Shown: positions 7,637 through 18,149, numbered from the stretch's first letter. The stretch is DNA of 37,897 nucleotides from Promethearchaeota archaeon (GCA_016930515.1 JAFGGO010000166.1:1-37897); one strand, 5' to 3'. Notes: generated from the letters alone by a model not told the origin. Numbers and translations: made by a program.

Positions 7637-10222
7637 TTATTGTAATCCTAATTGCTGTTTTGCTTGATTTAAAACTTTAAGGGCCTCTTGGTATTGTGCC
7701 GGTCGTTCGCTTAACATGTCCCAGGATTCCAAGGCTTCTTCTAACGATTTAATACCTTTTTCGAAATCATTTATTCTAAAATAGGCCAATCCCGAATAAT
7801 ACATCGAAATTCCCGCTTGATTGTAATCCTTTCGACCTACGCTGGAAATATACGCATCTCCGTAAGCCTCGATAGCTTCAGAATAATCTTCGAGTTGAAA
7901 TAAAAATCCAGCGTAATTTATTTGAAAAGCATCTTTTAAGGCTAAAAGTTCGTATTTTTTTGCTGTTTCTATTGCGGTTTTGTATTTAATTTTTGCGCCA
8001 GCATGATCTCCCGATTGACCAAGAATGTTTGCGATGTTAAATTGATTTCTTAAAATATTATCAATGTTCTGAACTTTTTCGGATGTCTCGAGAGCCAACT
8101 CGTAGAATTTTTTAGCCTCCTCCAAGTTTCCAAGCCTGAAGTACACATTACCCATGTTACCTTGAGCTTCTGAAAGCGATTCCATCACCCTTAATCTTTT
8201 AAATATCGCTTCAGCGTCAGCATAATATGAAAGTGCTTCTTCGAGAATCCCCCGTTGTTCAAATATGATACCAATGTTTATTTTTATACCAGCAGATTTA
8301 GAATCAATACCGGCGCTTTCAGCAATTCTTACAGCATTTTCGTAGATTTTAAGAGCATCGTCTTCGTTTCCATTCATTTGATATGCTAATCCGAGGTTTT
8401 GCATAATGGCGAGCGTGAGGTCAATGTCGCCATGTTCTTCTATTTTAGAAAATATTTCTTCAAGAATGGGAATTGCTTCTGAGAAATTTCCCTTTTTAAT
8501 AAGAAAATCGGCTTTGATTTTTTTAATCCTGATTATTCGTAATTCGTCACCGACTAAATACGCTTTCTTTTCCGCTTCCGATAGCAATTCATTTGCTTTT
8601 CCTATTAAACCTTTATCGAAATATAATCGAGATAATTCCATGTAAACTTGAGAAAGATAATTAATAAATCCTAATCGCTCGAAAATCGCGATAGTATCGA
8701 TAAAAGCTCGTTCGGCAAGGTTATTTTCGCCAAGAGCATTAAGTGCCAGAGCTGCGTTAAATGTTCCCTGGGCTTTATAGAATTCCAAACCGTTTTTTTC
8801 GGAAACTTCTTCTATTTCTTTAGCTAAATTAAGCGAAGCTTGATATTGGTCTGTTTGTCTATAAAGATTGCTGAGATTTTGGAGAGCACTTAAATAATCT
8901 TCGGTATCTCCCCTTGTTTCGGAGTAATTCATATATTCACTGAAATCGTTTTCCGCTTCTTCAAAATTTCCTAAATGCAAGTTTGCGTCACCCCGCCCTT
9001 GCGAAGCCACGTGATAAGCTTCAAGTTCTCCAATTTCTCGAAAGATCTTACACGCCATATCGTAATATTCTTTAGCGCTTTTGATATTCCCCTTGTTTCG
9101 TTCTGCACTGCCTAATTGTTCGTATAATAATGCCTTACCAAAAGTAGTCAATTGCTCTTCTTCGGTTTTATCAAGGAATTCCTCGAGTAATAATTTGGTA
9201 ACATCGTAAAATCCTGCGTGGATCCCTATATCGGTAAGTACAATAGCACTTTCACCAAATCCTACATTTGAAGCCCATAATTGAACTTTCTGCTTTAGGG
9301 TAATTTCGTTTTTTGATTTAATTTCTCTGACCATATCGTCTGAGAATTTTAGTCTATCTGGGGGGAGAATTGATGGAGGCAAAATCTCACTTAAATTATC
9401 AAACCAGTCAGGTAGTAACCCATACTCAATAAATCCACGATTGGGTCCATATAAACTCGCTAAATCCTTAACCACTTGCAAAGTATTTGTCCCCTTATAT
9501 TGAAGCCACATTATTCCAGGAGCGTCGTTCATTCTTTGTCGCAGACCAAGATAATTTGGCTCCGCTTCCAAATCGGCTCCAGAATACCCAAGAAAAACCA
9601 TGAAAGTGGAGGTGCCAATTGCATTTAAAGCGTCAGTTATAATGGGGTTTAACCCCTTTTTTCTTTGCGCTAATGTATCAATACATGTGTCAGGTCTCGT
9701 TGAAGTTCCGTGAAGCTTTAAAAGCAGGCAAGGAGATTCGGGATTTGAGATAAATTCGACAATATTACCAATAGAAATATAATCTTCGGGATCCAATAAA
9801 ACCATCAATGGTGTAGCAAGTTTTTCAAAAGCCTTTTCAACTAAGGTATCGAAATTTGTAGTAATGATGACCTTAAGTAAATTAACCTTGGCTAATGTTG
9901 CAAGCCATAGGTGAGATTCGTTGGGCTGTTCGCTTTCTAACACCCTCAAGACCTCAAAATACGATTTTCCAATTCTATTGGTAACAATTTCTGAAACGAA
10001 CTCCGGGGGAAGTTGTCCGTCAGATTCTCTTTTTTTAATCAAATCAACGAGCTCCTTTACTTTAGGTATCGTCTCAAAAGTTTCATTGGCAAGAGAATCG
10101 AGAATTGCGTGATTAATCTGCCACCAACTTGGCAGGCAGGCAGGAGGGCCCATAGAAATCCCTGCTCCAAGAAAAAAGCATAATTTACCCTGTTTAAGAT
10201 AATCTCTTATAATTTTATCCAT
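7637..10222 (-). CDS. SIR2-like domain + long TPR array protein
   Basis: FFLGAGIS, IITTNFDTLVE, LLKLHGT and FLGYSGAD motifs, then about 500 aa of TPR-like repeats (e.g. NLGLAY...ALKIYENA, NMGNVY...AKKFYELA). Confidence 0.85.
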   Translation of the reverse strand: MDKIIRDYLKQGKLCFFLGAGISMGPPACLPSWWQINHAILDSLANETFETIPKVKELVDLIKKRESDGQLPPEFVSEIVTNRIGKSYFEVLRVLESEQPNESHLWLATLAKVNLLKVIITTNFDTLVEKAFEKLATPLMVLLDPEDYISIGNIVEFISNPESPCLLLKLHGTSTRPDTCIDTLAQRKKGLNPIITDALNAIGTSTFMVFLGYSGADLEAEPNYLGLRQRMNDAPGIMWLQYKGTNTLQVVKDLASLYGPNRGFIEYGLLPDWFDNLSEILPPSILPPDRLKFSDDMVREIKSKNEITLKQKVQLWASNVGFGESAIVLTDIGIHAGFYDVTKLLLEEFLDKTEEEQLTTFGKALLYEQLGSAERNKGNIKSAKEYYDMACKIFREIGELEAYHVASQGRGDANLHLGNFEEAENDFSEYMNYSETRGDTEDYLSALQNLSNLYRQTDQYQASLNLAKEIEEVSEKNGLEFYKAQGTFNAALALNALGENNLAERAFIDTIAIFERLGFINYLSQVYMELSRLYFDKGLIGKANELLSEAEKKAYLVGDELRIIRIKKIKADFLIKKGNFSEAIPILEEIFSKIEEHGDIDLTLAIMQNLGLAYQMNGNEDDALKIYENAVRIAESAGIDSKSAGIKINIGIIFEQRGILEEALSYYADAEAIFKRLRVMESLSEAQGNMGNVYFRLGNLEEAKKFYELALETSEKVQNIDNILRNQFNIANILGQSGDHAGAKIKYKTAIETAKKYELLALKDAFQINYAGFLFQLEDYSEAIEAYGDAYISSVGRKDYNQAGISMYYSGLAYFRINDFEKGIKSLEEALESWDMLSERPAQYQEALKVLNQAKQQLGLQ

Positions 10223-10541
10223 GATTGATTCAAGTTAATGGATTGGTATATCTATAAAATCTGGATTTGAATAAAAAACTTAGGAAAGTCTTTTAAATCT
10301 TCAAATAATTTCGACAGGGGTTAATAAAATGAAACACATAAAAAGCAAAAAGGATTAATTAATCCTTTCAATATGAGATTTTCTCTTTTTTTAAAATATT
10401 AATTTCCGTATTTTTTGGATTTTTAACCAATAAATAAGCACCCTGAATTAGATAAATAGCTTAATTTAGAACTTTAAGCATGATATTGCTAATATTCTGA
10501 TTTCATCAATTGAAAGGAGAATTTTGAATATTTATTAAGAT

Positions 10542-10877
10542 TCATAAATCCTTGATTTCATTTCCGCATCCTGGACAGTATTTTGCAGTATTTGTTAATC
10601 TTTCCCCACATAATGCGCAAAAATTATTGGATGGTTTTGATTCCGATTGAATTAGCACTGCTTGTTGCATGATTGGCTTTAATTCTTCCCGTGGTGGTTT
10701 GAGGAACTTTCCTCTATGACAAAACGGACACAAATCAGGTTCTTTTACTGCGTACCAAATTAAATAGATTATCCATCCTATTCCCGTAAAGAGGAGCAGC
10801 ACGAATATACAACCGTTAAAATCACGCTCAGGTTCAACATTCCGTTGACAGTTATCACAATATTTAATAATCTTCAT
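10542..10877 (-). CDS. Membrane-associated zinc-ribbon protein (LITAF-like CxxC-hydrophobic-CxxC plus C-terminal zinc ribbon)
   Basis: CDNC ... hydrophobic segment ... CPFC, then CALCGE...YCPGCG. Confidence 0.7.
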   Translation of the reverse strand: MKIIKYCDNCQRNVEPERDFNGCIFVLLLFTGIGWIIYLIWYAVKEPDLCPFCHRGKFLKPPREELKPIMQQAVLIQSESKPSNNFCALCGERLTNTAKYCPGCGNEIKDL

Positions 10878-11313
10878 TTTTTATTTGGTTAAATAAAATT
10901 ATGATTTTCATATTTTAATTCCTAACCAAATCATAATTATTTAAATATATAAATTTAATATAATTCTGACATTTTTCGTTTAGAGCAAATTTAAACTTGA
11001 GAAGGTTAAGAAAGTAGAAAGTAAAAAGATATTCACGTCACCCGACGAAATATGAAGGAGGAAGGAGAAATTAAACTTTTTCAAGTTTAATAGAGGGCGA
11101 AATCCAATTTTTATGCCGAGTGAAGTTGAGTATCTCCTTATTTGATCATAGTATTATTTTTTTTAATATAAATCCAATCGATTTATTCTTATTTCGTTCT
11201 TACCTCAACAACAAACTATAAAAAATTTTATTATTATATTTGTTCCTCTCGAAATTATATTCTTATTTCTTTTCGTGATAAATTTTAAAACCTCTTTTTT
11301 CATTATATACATT

Positions 11314-12192
11314 ATGTTGTTAAAGGGTAAAAACGTGGTAATTACTGGCTCTGGACGGGGAATTGGTAGGGCAGTTGCAATAGCTTGCGCAAGAGAAGGA
11401 GCTAATGTGGGATTAATGTCTCGAACAATAGAAGAATTAAATACTTTACGAGATAAAATCAAAAACGACTATCCTGATGTGAAAGTGGTAATAGCCGTTG
11501 CGGATGTTACGAAAATCGATGATCAAACTAAAGCTTTCACACAATATTCAGAAGAATTGGGAAAATTAAACGGCGTGATCGCTAACGCTGGATGGTCCCG
11601 CATGGGAGATTCTCACGAGTTTGATTCCGACAAATTTGCAGCAATCATCAATATCAATATATTAGGCGTTTTTAACACATTTAAAGCCGCATATCCTTAT
11701 TTAAACACGGCCAATAAGAACAACAAGGCGCGATTCATTACAACCGGGAGCGCCATATATCCGAACATCATGGTAAAGTTTGCTGCATACGCAGCTTCGA
11801 AGTTTGGCGTAGTCGGTTTGCAAAAAGAATTGGCAATAGAATACAAGGGAAAAAACATTTCATTTAACATGGTCTTGCCCACGATGGTGGATACTCGATT
11901 GTTGCGAGGAAGTAAAGCAGGAGATGGAAACAAACCCCCGGGCGTCATGAGTCCTAACGAATTAGACGATTATTACACCTTTTTACTCTCGGAACAAGCA
12001 AATTTGATTAATAACCAACTTATTCAAACTTTCGACGCACAAGAAGCAATTAAATTCCTGCAAAAATCTTCAATTGACAAAACGAGCGATTGGGATTCTA
12101 TTGCCTCATTCTTGCAAGAAAAATCACCAAAGAGCTTTGAAAAAGTTAAAGGGTATGGGGCACTATTAAAGTTCTTATATTCCAGGAGTTAA
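11314..12192 (+). CDS. SDR family NAD(P)-dependent oxidoreductase
   Basis: TGSGRGIG, NAG and YAASK motifs. Start moved to ATG 11314 (MLLKGKNVVITG). Confidence 0.9.
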   Translation: MLLKGKNVVITGSGRGIGRAVAIACAREGANVGLMSRTIEELNTLRDKIKNDYPDVKVVIAVADVTKIDDQTKAFTQYSEELGKLNGVIANAGWSRMGDSHEFDSDKFAAIININILGVFNTFKAAYPYLNTANKNNKARFITTGSAIYPNIMVKFAAYAASKFGVVGLQKELAIEYKGKNISFNMVLPTMVDTRLLRGSKAGDGNKPPGVMSPNELDDYYTFLLSEQANLINNQLIQTFDAQEAIKFLQKSSIDKTSDWDSIASFLQEKSPKSFEKVKGYGALLKFLYSRS

Positions 12193-12229
12193 TGATAAGG
12201 ATCATTATTTCTATTAATTAATATATTAC

Positions 12230-12314
12230 AATCAATTACAAGCCCATCTCGAATCCATTAATCGGCTTTAATCGTTAAAAGCACTATATATTCGTAAAAA
12301 TCAATTACAAGCCC
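12230..12314. repeat. 16-bp direct repeat AATCAATTACAAGCCC, two copies
   Basis: Identical copies at 12230-12245 and 12299-12314. Partial third copy (AATTACAAG) near 12421. Confidence 0.6.
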
Positions 12315-12472
12315 TCCCGAAGTCAATTTTCGCGCCTTCAGCACTTAAAGCCTTAATTAAAGACAAGATCGTGAGGATCGAAGAGGTGCAACTGCCCCGA
12401 TTGAGAAAAAGGGGCGTTCAAATTACAAGAGAGTAGATTTAGAATTAAATTGATTGAATTCAAAAAGTTCTT

Positions 12473-13414
12473 TCAATTTATGTTGTTTTGCTTATTATTT
12501 TTATTAATCAACAAGATCGATATGACGACCATACATACGGAAATTAATAGAACAATCGTTGGAGTTTCGTTCAATAAGAAAAAAGCAAGAACCGTGGCAA
12601 AGATCGGTTTTAAAAACGCCAAAGACATGCCTCTGGATACTTCCAAGCGTTTCAAACCAATAAATAACAAGAACAACCCTAAACCCGTAGAAATCACGCC
12701 TAAAAACAAAACTAAAGACCATTCTCGAGCATCGTGAGCAAAAAGCCTTCCTAATTCTGGTGTAAAGATTAAAATCACAAATACGGGTACCATTGCAAAA
12801 AAGCTAGAAATCATCGTAAATTTTAGGGCTATATTAGTAGTCTTGGACTCCTTTAATTGTACTTTTTTACCCAAAACTGAATAAAATCCCCATGTAATTG
12901 AACCTATCAGCACCAAAAGATTTCCTAACAAGTTCTCAATTTTTATAAGCTCAGAAAAGTTAAAATTTGTTAATAATATCGTAACTCCCAATAAACCAAC
13001 GATTATACCCGCAATTTTAAACTTCATGTTAATCTTTTCATTGAGAAAGAAAAAAGAATAGATCGTTATCCATATAGGATAAGTGGTATAGATAGTCGCT
13101 CCAATATTGGCTTGAGTATTTTGAATCCCAATAAAGTATATTATATTAGAAATCCCCCAAGCCAGAGAGCTTCCTAATATTAATAACAACCAATTTTTTT
13201 TTATAATCGACCAAATACCTCTTAGGTCTTTCATTATTGTTAAAAGTAAAAGTAAAAAAAATCCGCTAAATAAAAATCTATAAAATGATAGCGAAAGCGC
13301 TCCAATGGAATCTTGGAGGAGTTTGATAATAATTTCGCTGCAGGAAAAGGTGAATACTGCAATAATTATAGTGAGATATCCCGTAATATCCTCTTTTCGA
13401 ACCTGGAGCTTCAT
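12473..13414 (-). CDS. EamA/DMT family transporter
   Basis: About 10 TM helices in two EamA repeats (YRFLFSG, TTYPIW, FFFLNEK, LKPIFATVLAFFLLNE). Confidence 0.9.
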   Translation of the reverse strand: MKLQVRKEDITGYLTIIIAVFTFSCSEIIIKLLQDSIGALSLSFYRFLFSGFFLLLLLTIMKDLRGIWSIIKKNWLLLILGSSLAWGISNIIYFIGIQNTQANIGATIYTTYPIWITIYSFFFLNEKINMKFKIAGIIVGLLGVTILLTNFNFSELIKIENLLGNLLVLIGSITWGFYSVLGKKVQLKESKTTNIALKFTMISSFFAMVPVFVILIFTPELGRLFAHDAREWSLVLFLGVISTGLGLFLLFIGLKRLEVSRGMSLAFLKPIFATVLAFFLLNETPTIVLLISVCMVVISILLINKNNKQNNIN

Positions 13415-13576
13415 TTTAAGAAATACTTTTTTTATATAAAATGTTCTTTAATATTGTTTAAAGAGAGAGATGTAATTATCTTTAGGTCATTATAAATTAT
13501 TGAAATTTATTGTTCGTTCGTTTTTAATTGAGGCATGAAAATAAATAGATAGAATTAATTAAATGCTTAAAATTAG

Positions 13577-14677
13577 TTATATAATTTGGTAGCTAGTTGA
13601 TAAATTTATTTTTTCCGAAGTTCCTAATATGAGTTTTAAGTGAGTAATAAATTCGTTTAAAGAAATTTCATTCTTCTTGTATTTCGTTGATAAATTTTTG
13701 ATTATATAAAAGGGTTTGAATTTAACGAATCTAAAATCCAATATAAGGGCCACATAGCCCTTATTTTCGTAAATAAACCCCGTATCTAAAATATCGTAAA
13801 AAAGGTCTTCATTATTATTTAATATAACCAAACAATCGTGAACGGACAATGTCTTTTTCCGTAGTGATTTGAATAAAAAATATACTTCACTGTTTGAAAC
13901 CAGTAAATTTATCATGATCTTGTTTTCAATGTTAGGCACGATTGTCATGTTATTATAATAAGACTTGATCTTATCTTTATAAGCCTTGATGTTTTCTGAT
14001 TTGTAATCGTCCTCAGGAAATTGGGGTAACCTTTTTGGAGGTAATTGTATGATCGATATATCCTTTATCAAGAAATAGCATTCTTTGCTTCCTGGCATCG
14101 CTTTTCTAATAATGAGATCATCTCTTATAAAGGAGGTAAGCAATAAGTCAATGTTCAATGTAGAAAAACCATAATTATCTTTTAAAATTCTTACTAGCTC
14201 TGTTTTTGAAATCACTCCGTTTCTTAATATTTGAAGAATCGTGATCTTTATCTTGTCTTGAAAATAAATGATGAAATTCTTCTCACTTATGATTTTAGAA
14301 TAATCCTTAATGGTGTTAAAGGTCTCTGAAATTGCTCGCGTGATCCTATTAGTGTTTATGGATTCAATGAGATCTCCAGCGATGTTCGATAAAATGTCAA
14401 AATCGATGATGTTTTCTAAATCTGCGTTTTGGCTATATGCAAGAACTAATAAGTATAATTCGCCACTGTATTGTTGAGTTACCGAGATATACCAATGATC
14501 CCCTTCGGGTACGAATTCTAACATCGAGCGTTCTTTGTTTAACTCGTGAATAGTCCATAATTTTACAAACAAGTCGTTTGGAGGAAATTTTTCCGCGGGA
14601 GGATATTGTATGATGGGTTCCGGACCGGTATTGACACTCCAACGAACGACGATAACTCTCTCCACGATAAATCTCAC
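13577..14677 (-). CDS. Longin/uDENN-like (NPRL2-like) N-terminal domain + winged-helix-like protein
   Basis: N-terminal IVVRWSVNTGPEPIIQYP beta-hairpin motif. Central KITILQILRNGVISKTELVRIL...DLIIRK...ECYFL wHTH-like segment. Confidence 0.55.
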   Translation of the reverse strand: MRFIVERVIVVRWSVNTGPEPIIQYPPAEKFPPNDLFVKLWTIHELNKERSMLEFVPEGDHWYISVTQQYSGELYLLVLAYSQNADLENIIDFDILSNIAGDLIESINTNRITRAISETFNTIKDYSKIISEKNFIIYFQDKIKITILQILRNGVISKTELVRILKDNYGFSTLNIDLLLTSFIRDDLIIRKAMPGSKECYFLIKDISIIQLPPKRLPQFPEDDYKSENIKAYKDKIKSYYNNMTIVPNIENKIMINLLVSNSEVYFLFKSLRKKTLSVHDCLVILNNNEDLFYDILDTGFIYENKGYVALILDFRFVKFKPFYIIKNLSTKYKKNEISLNEFITHLKLILGTSEKINLSTSYQII

Positions 14678-14689
14678 TAAAGCGTTGTA

Positions 14690-16396
14690 TTATTTAAGTT
14701 TAATGGAAAAGTATTCTGGGATGAGGTCTAAATATTTACGCTTGAAATGCCTGTCGAGGATTGGATCAATTCGGTTCCTCCATTTTAACACATCCACGCC
14801 CCCTAATTCTTTTCCAATCTGATAAGTAGTCTCAATGTCTTGAATAAAATAATCCAATTTATGTCTTACAACTCTTAAATCTTCCAACAAAACGAGAGCA
14901 CATATGAAAGACTTGTTAGAACTATAACCAAAGAGAATTTTTTTACCACCGTGATCGATTATCTTGAGCCGTTGCTGTTCCTTTGTAATTTCCTCTAACA
15001 TTGATATCAACCCGATGAAACCACCACTTACTAAATCAGAATCTACGAGTTCTTTTTCAACCTCATTGAAAACATATTCGTACAATAACATGCCAGATTC
15101 GTGTATCACATACAAGCGGAGCAATTTATCTGGCCAATTTTGTTCTCTTATACTGATGATCTCCTTTGTGTTTGACAAAAAAAACATCGATATCACCAAA
15201 AAGAAGAAAGCTAGCCCTACAAGAAATAAACCCGCGGAAATCTCGTCTGGAAAGAGGGTTCCCACGGAATTTCTCAAGATTAACCAATGAAGACTATACC
15301 CTCCAAAAAAGCACCCTATGCAAGCACAGAAACAACAACCAATTACACGCCCAAGATGTTGCTTTAAAGCTACCTCGTTCATCACTAAAGGAATGGCCAT
15401 GATGATTGCTAAAAGTGCTATAAGGGTTACTACAATATTAAAATATTTAAGAGTGATATTAAACAAACTTATAAAATTAGCAATCGAAATAATTAAAATT
15501 ACATAAGATAGGGAAGATTTCCTACCGAGGAAATCGAATATAGCACCGACGGCTATTGTTGTTACGACACTTAAACCTATAACAAGAATTAAAGCGCCTA
15601 TCAATTCTAATGTCGAAAAATCAGCGATGCTCAAGTTAGAGATTTCCTCGTAAGGAAAAATTAACCCAGCTGTAAAGAATAAAAACGAAATTAAAACTAT
15701 ATAAGTAATAATATCTTTTATAAGCTTTCCCTTATTCACTTTTTCTTCTATAAATTTATATGGTTCCTCTTTTTCTCGAAATTTATATAAATAAATAAAA
15801 AACACAGAAATAGCAAGGGAGGGAAATACTAATAACGCATCGCTAAGAGCCAGAAAAAAGCAGAATACGCCAATACCAACACTTGAATAAATGAGTAAAA
15901 ATGCGATCGTCCTCCCACGCTCTAAAATCGTAGTAAAATCCAAGAAAAACATTACGAAGATAATGAACATGATCCCTCCTATAAATGAACTTAAAAAGAT
16001 TAATATCTCTATAATTATTGGGATCTTCCTGAATAAAAGCATCTGAAGTAGGTTTATAACGATAGATAAAATCAGGGTCAAAAATATCGCATTGTACTTC
16101 TTTCCTCTTAACTTATCGATAAGAACACCTCCCCCTATTAATCCTAACATAAATCCACCCCCAAAAGAAAATAGAACGAGTAAGTTTGTCCATTTTATAC
16201 CCGTCGTATCAATTACTATCAAGAAAATATTGCTTCCGATCAATAATTCGCAACATAAAAACAACAAGAGTAGAATATAAAATTGACGCTTTGAAATTTC
16301 TATGTCTTTACTTATTTCTTTATAAGCTTTTTTTAGGATTTCGATTAAAAAGTTTAATTTCTTCCTTTCCTCTTGTAATTTTTCCTTCTGGGACAT
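14690..16396 (-). CDS. 12-TM MFS-fold membrane protein fused to a C-terminal longin-like domain
   Basis: MFS motif-A copies GVLIDKLRGKK and GAIFDFLGRK. About 150-aa soluble tail LYVIHESGMLLYEYVF...LVSGGFIGLISMLEEIT...LKIIDHGGKKILFGY...ICALV...VRHKLDYFIQDIE. Confidence 0.7.
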   Translation of the reverse strand: MSQKEKLQEERKKLNFLIEILKKAYKEISKDIEISKRQFYILLLLFLCCELLIGSNIFLIVIDTTGIKWTNLLVLFSFGGGFMLGLIGGGVLIDKLRGKKYNAIFLTLILSIVINLLQMLLFRKIPIIIEILIFLSSFIGGIMFIIFVMFFLDFTTILERGRTIAFLLIYSSVGIGVFCFFLALSDALLVFPSLAISVFFIYLYKFREKEEPYKFIEEKVNKGKLIKDIITYIVLISFLFFTAGLIFPYEEISNLSIADFSTLELIGALILVIGLSVVTTIAVGAIFDFLGRKSSLSYVILIISIANFISLFNITLKYFNIVVTLIALLAIIMAIPLVMNEVALKQHLGRVIGCCFCACIGCFFGGYSLHWLILRNSVGTLFPDEISAGLFLVGLAFFFLVISMFFLSNTKEIISIREQNWPDKLLRLYVIHESGMLLYEYVFNEVEKELVDSDLVSGGFIGLISMLEEITKEQQRLKIIDHGGKKILFGYSSNKSFICALVLLEDLRVVRHKLDYFIQDIETTYQIGKELGGVDVLKWRNRIDPILDRHFKRKYLDLIPEYFSIKLK

Positions 16397-16579
16397 ATTT
16401 TATCTCATACCTATCTTCATTAAATTAGTTTGATAAGAAGATGTAGGAAATTAACTAATTTATATGATAGTTTTTTTAAAGCGTTTTAATTAGGGCCGAT
16501 TTGTTTTAAAAAGGAGAATTTTACTTCACTGTTCAAATGAAACCATAGTAATTCAACCACGAAAAGAGGAAAATTAATT

Positions 16580-16831
16580 TTAGAAAAAACGAGGATATTT
16601 TGTTCTTATGTCTTCAATTGTTTTTAATAATACCGGCACGACATTCTCATTATGGTCGTAATCAAAGGATTGGGTCATCGTGGATATTATTTGGCTTGCG
16701 CTAATAATGTCTTCCTTAGATAGTTTATCCCTTTTTTGACCATACAATTCGTCTAACTCGTCAACATGCCATTTTAACTCGTTTTTCAAGGATTCTTCCA
16801 AGATTTTATCATAATCTGCGCTTAAGTTCAT
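16580..16831 (-). CDS. Hypothetical helical protein (83 aa)
   Basis: ATG start after AGGTG, plausible composition, no recognised motif. Confidence 0.6.
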   Translation of the reverse strand: MNLSADYDKILEESLKNELKWHVDELDELYGQKRDKLSKEDIISASQIISTMTQSFDYDHNENVVPVLLKTIEDIRTKYPRFF

Positions 16832-17096
16832 TCTTACACCTAAATAATGTATATATTCTTGAGTAACTTAAATTACAAATTGTTTAAAAATAAGAAGGGA
16901 TTTTTAGTTTTTTCATATTGGTGAAACGAACTAAAATCCATTCGAAATTTTTAAAAGATAAAATCATAAATCTCTCATGTTTCACCTGTAATAATAAAGA
17001 ATCCATTTGAAGATACTTAAACTTATATATATGATTTTGTTTGAATATAGTTGGAGCGTTCAGATTTTATAATCCATTTATGAGAGTTATTCTTTC

Positions 17097-17465
17097 ATGT
17101 TATTGATTCAAATCGTAGAAGACGATTATCCAACAGCAATAATTCTCAAAAAATTGCTGGAAGCCCACGGACACAAGATTATTGGGCTTGCATTTAACGG
17201 AAAAATAGCATTAGATCAGTTTAAATCTCTTGAGATAAAACCTGACATAATTTTAATGGATTATCGAATGCCCATAAAAAACGGGCTCGAAACTTCCATC
17301 GAGATGCTCAAGATCGACGCCCACATTAACATCATTTTTATCAGCGCCGACGATACCATTAAAGACAAGATAATGGCGATTGGAGCTTTCGATCTAATTA
17401 AAAAACCGTTTGATTTTGATGAGATACTTGGTGTCATCAAAAAAATAAGAACACACGAACACTAA
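17097..17465 (+). CDS. Single-domain response regulator (REC/CheY-like)
   Basis: VEDD, ILMDYRMP (phospho-Asp), ISA and KKPF motifs. Confidence 0.92.
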   Translation: MLLIQIVEDDYPTAIILKKLLEAHGHKIIGLAFNGKIALDQFKSLEIKPDIILMDYRMPIKNGLETSIEMLKIDAHINIIFISADDTIKDKIMAIGAFDLIKKPFDFDEILGVIKKIRTHEH

Positions 17466-17534
17466 GAATTTTCACAAATGTTAATATTTAAAATTTGTTT
17501 TACTACCATTCTCGCACATAATAGGAAAAAGCCT

Positions 17535-18149
17535 TTATTTGTTAGTTTCTTGTAAATCAAGGCGTTCATACACGAGTTTCAACCGATTGGATGTTTCTTG
17601 TTTAACTTGATTATAAATGCTCTGGCCTGTCGAATCGATAGCAATAATCATAGGACCAAAATCCCTAACTTCAAAAAGCCAGAGCGCTTCGGGAGTTCCT
17701 AAATCAAGCCACTCAACTTGTTTAACCCGAGTAATTGTTTTAGCGGCTAAGACCGCCGCACCGCCCGTATATGCTGCATAGACGGCCCCATATTTAATCA
17801 ATGCGTCAGTGGTATCCTTTCCCATACCACCCTTTCCAATAATCATTTTGATACCATATAAATCTATAAACAAAGGTTCGAGCATTTCCATGCGAGCGCT
17901 GGTAGTAGGTCCAGCCGCAACAACTTCCCATTCGTCTTTTTTTTTTTTTACAACGGGCCCACAATGGTAGAGAGCAAGGTTTTTTGTTTTAAAAGGAAAT
18001 TTTTTTCCTTTTACTGCCCATTCAACTGCTCGTTTATGAGCTTCGTCTCGAGCGGTAAATAAAGCGCCCGTAAGGTATACAACATCCATAATCCTTAACT
18101 TACTTACATCGTCTTTAGAAAGAGGTGTTTTCAAATGGATTGTTGTCAT
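17535..18149 (-). CDS. Class I fumarate/tartrate hydratase beta subunit (FumA C-terminal/TtdB family)
   Basis: TARDEAHKR, YHCGP, GPTTSARM, IGKGGM motifs. Confidence 0.9.
   Translation of the reverse strand: MTTIHLKTPLSKDDVSKLRIMDVVYLTGALFTARDEAHKRAVEWAVKGKKFPFKTKNLALYHCGPVVKKKKDEWEVVAAGPTTSARMEMLEPLFIDLYGIKMIIGKGGMGKDTTDALIKYGAVYAAYTGGAAVLAAKTITRVKQVEWLDLGTPEALWLFEVRDFGPMIIAIDSTGQSIYNQVKQETSNRLKLVYERLDLQETNK

Noticed and set aside
10995-11147. Purine-rich, coding-looking stretch
   Set aside because: Broken by stops in the frames examined, and no recognisable family.
12450-12737. Similar (+) ORFs 12450-12737 and 27750-28112
   Set aside because: Both are antisense shadows of the EamA paralogues.
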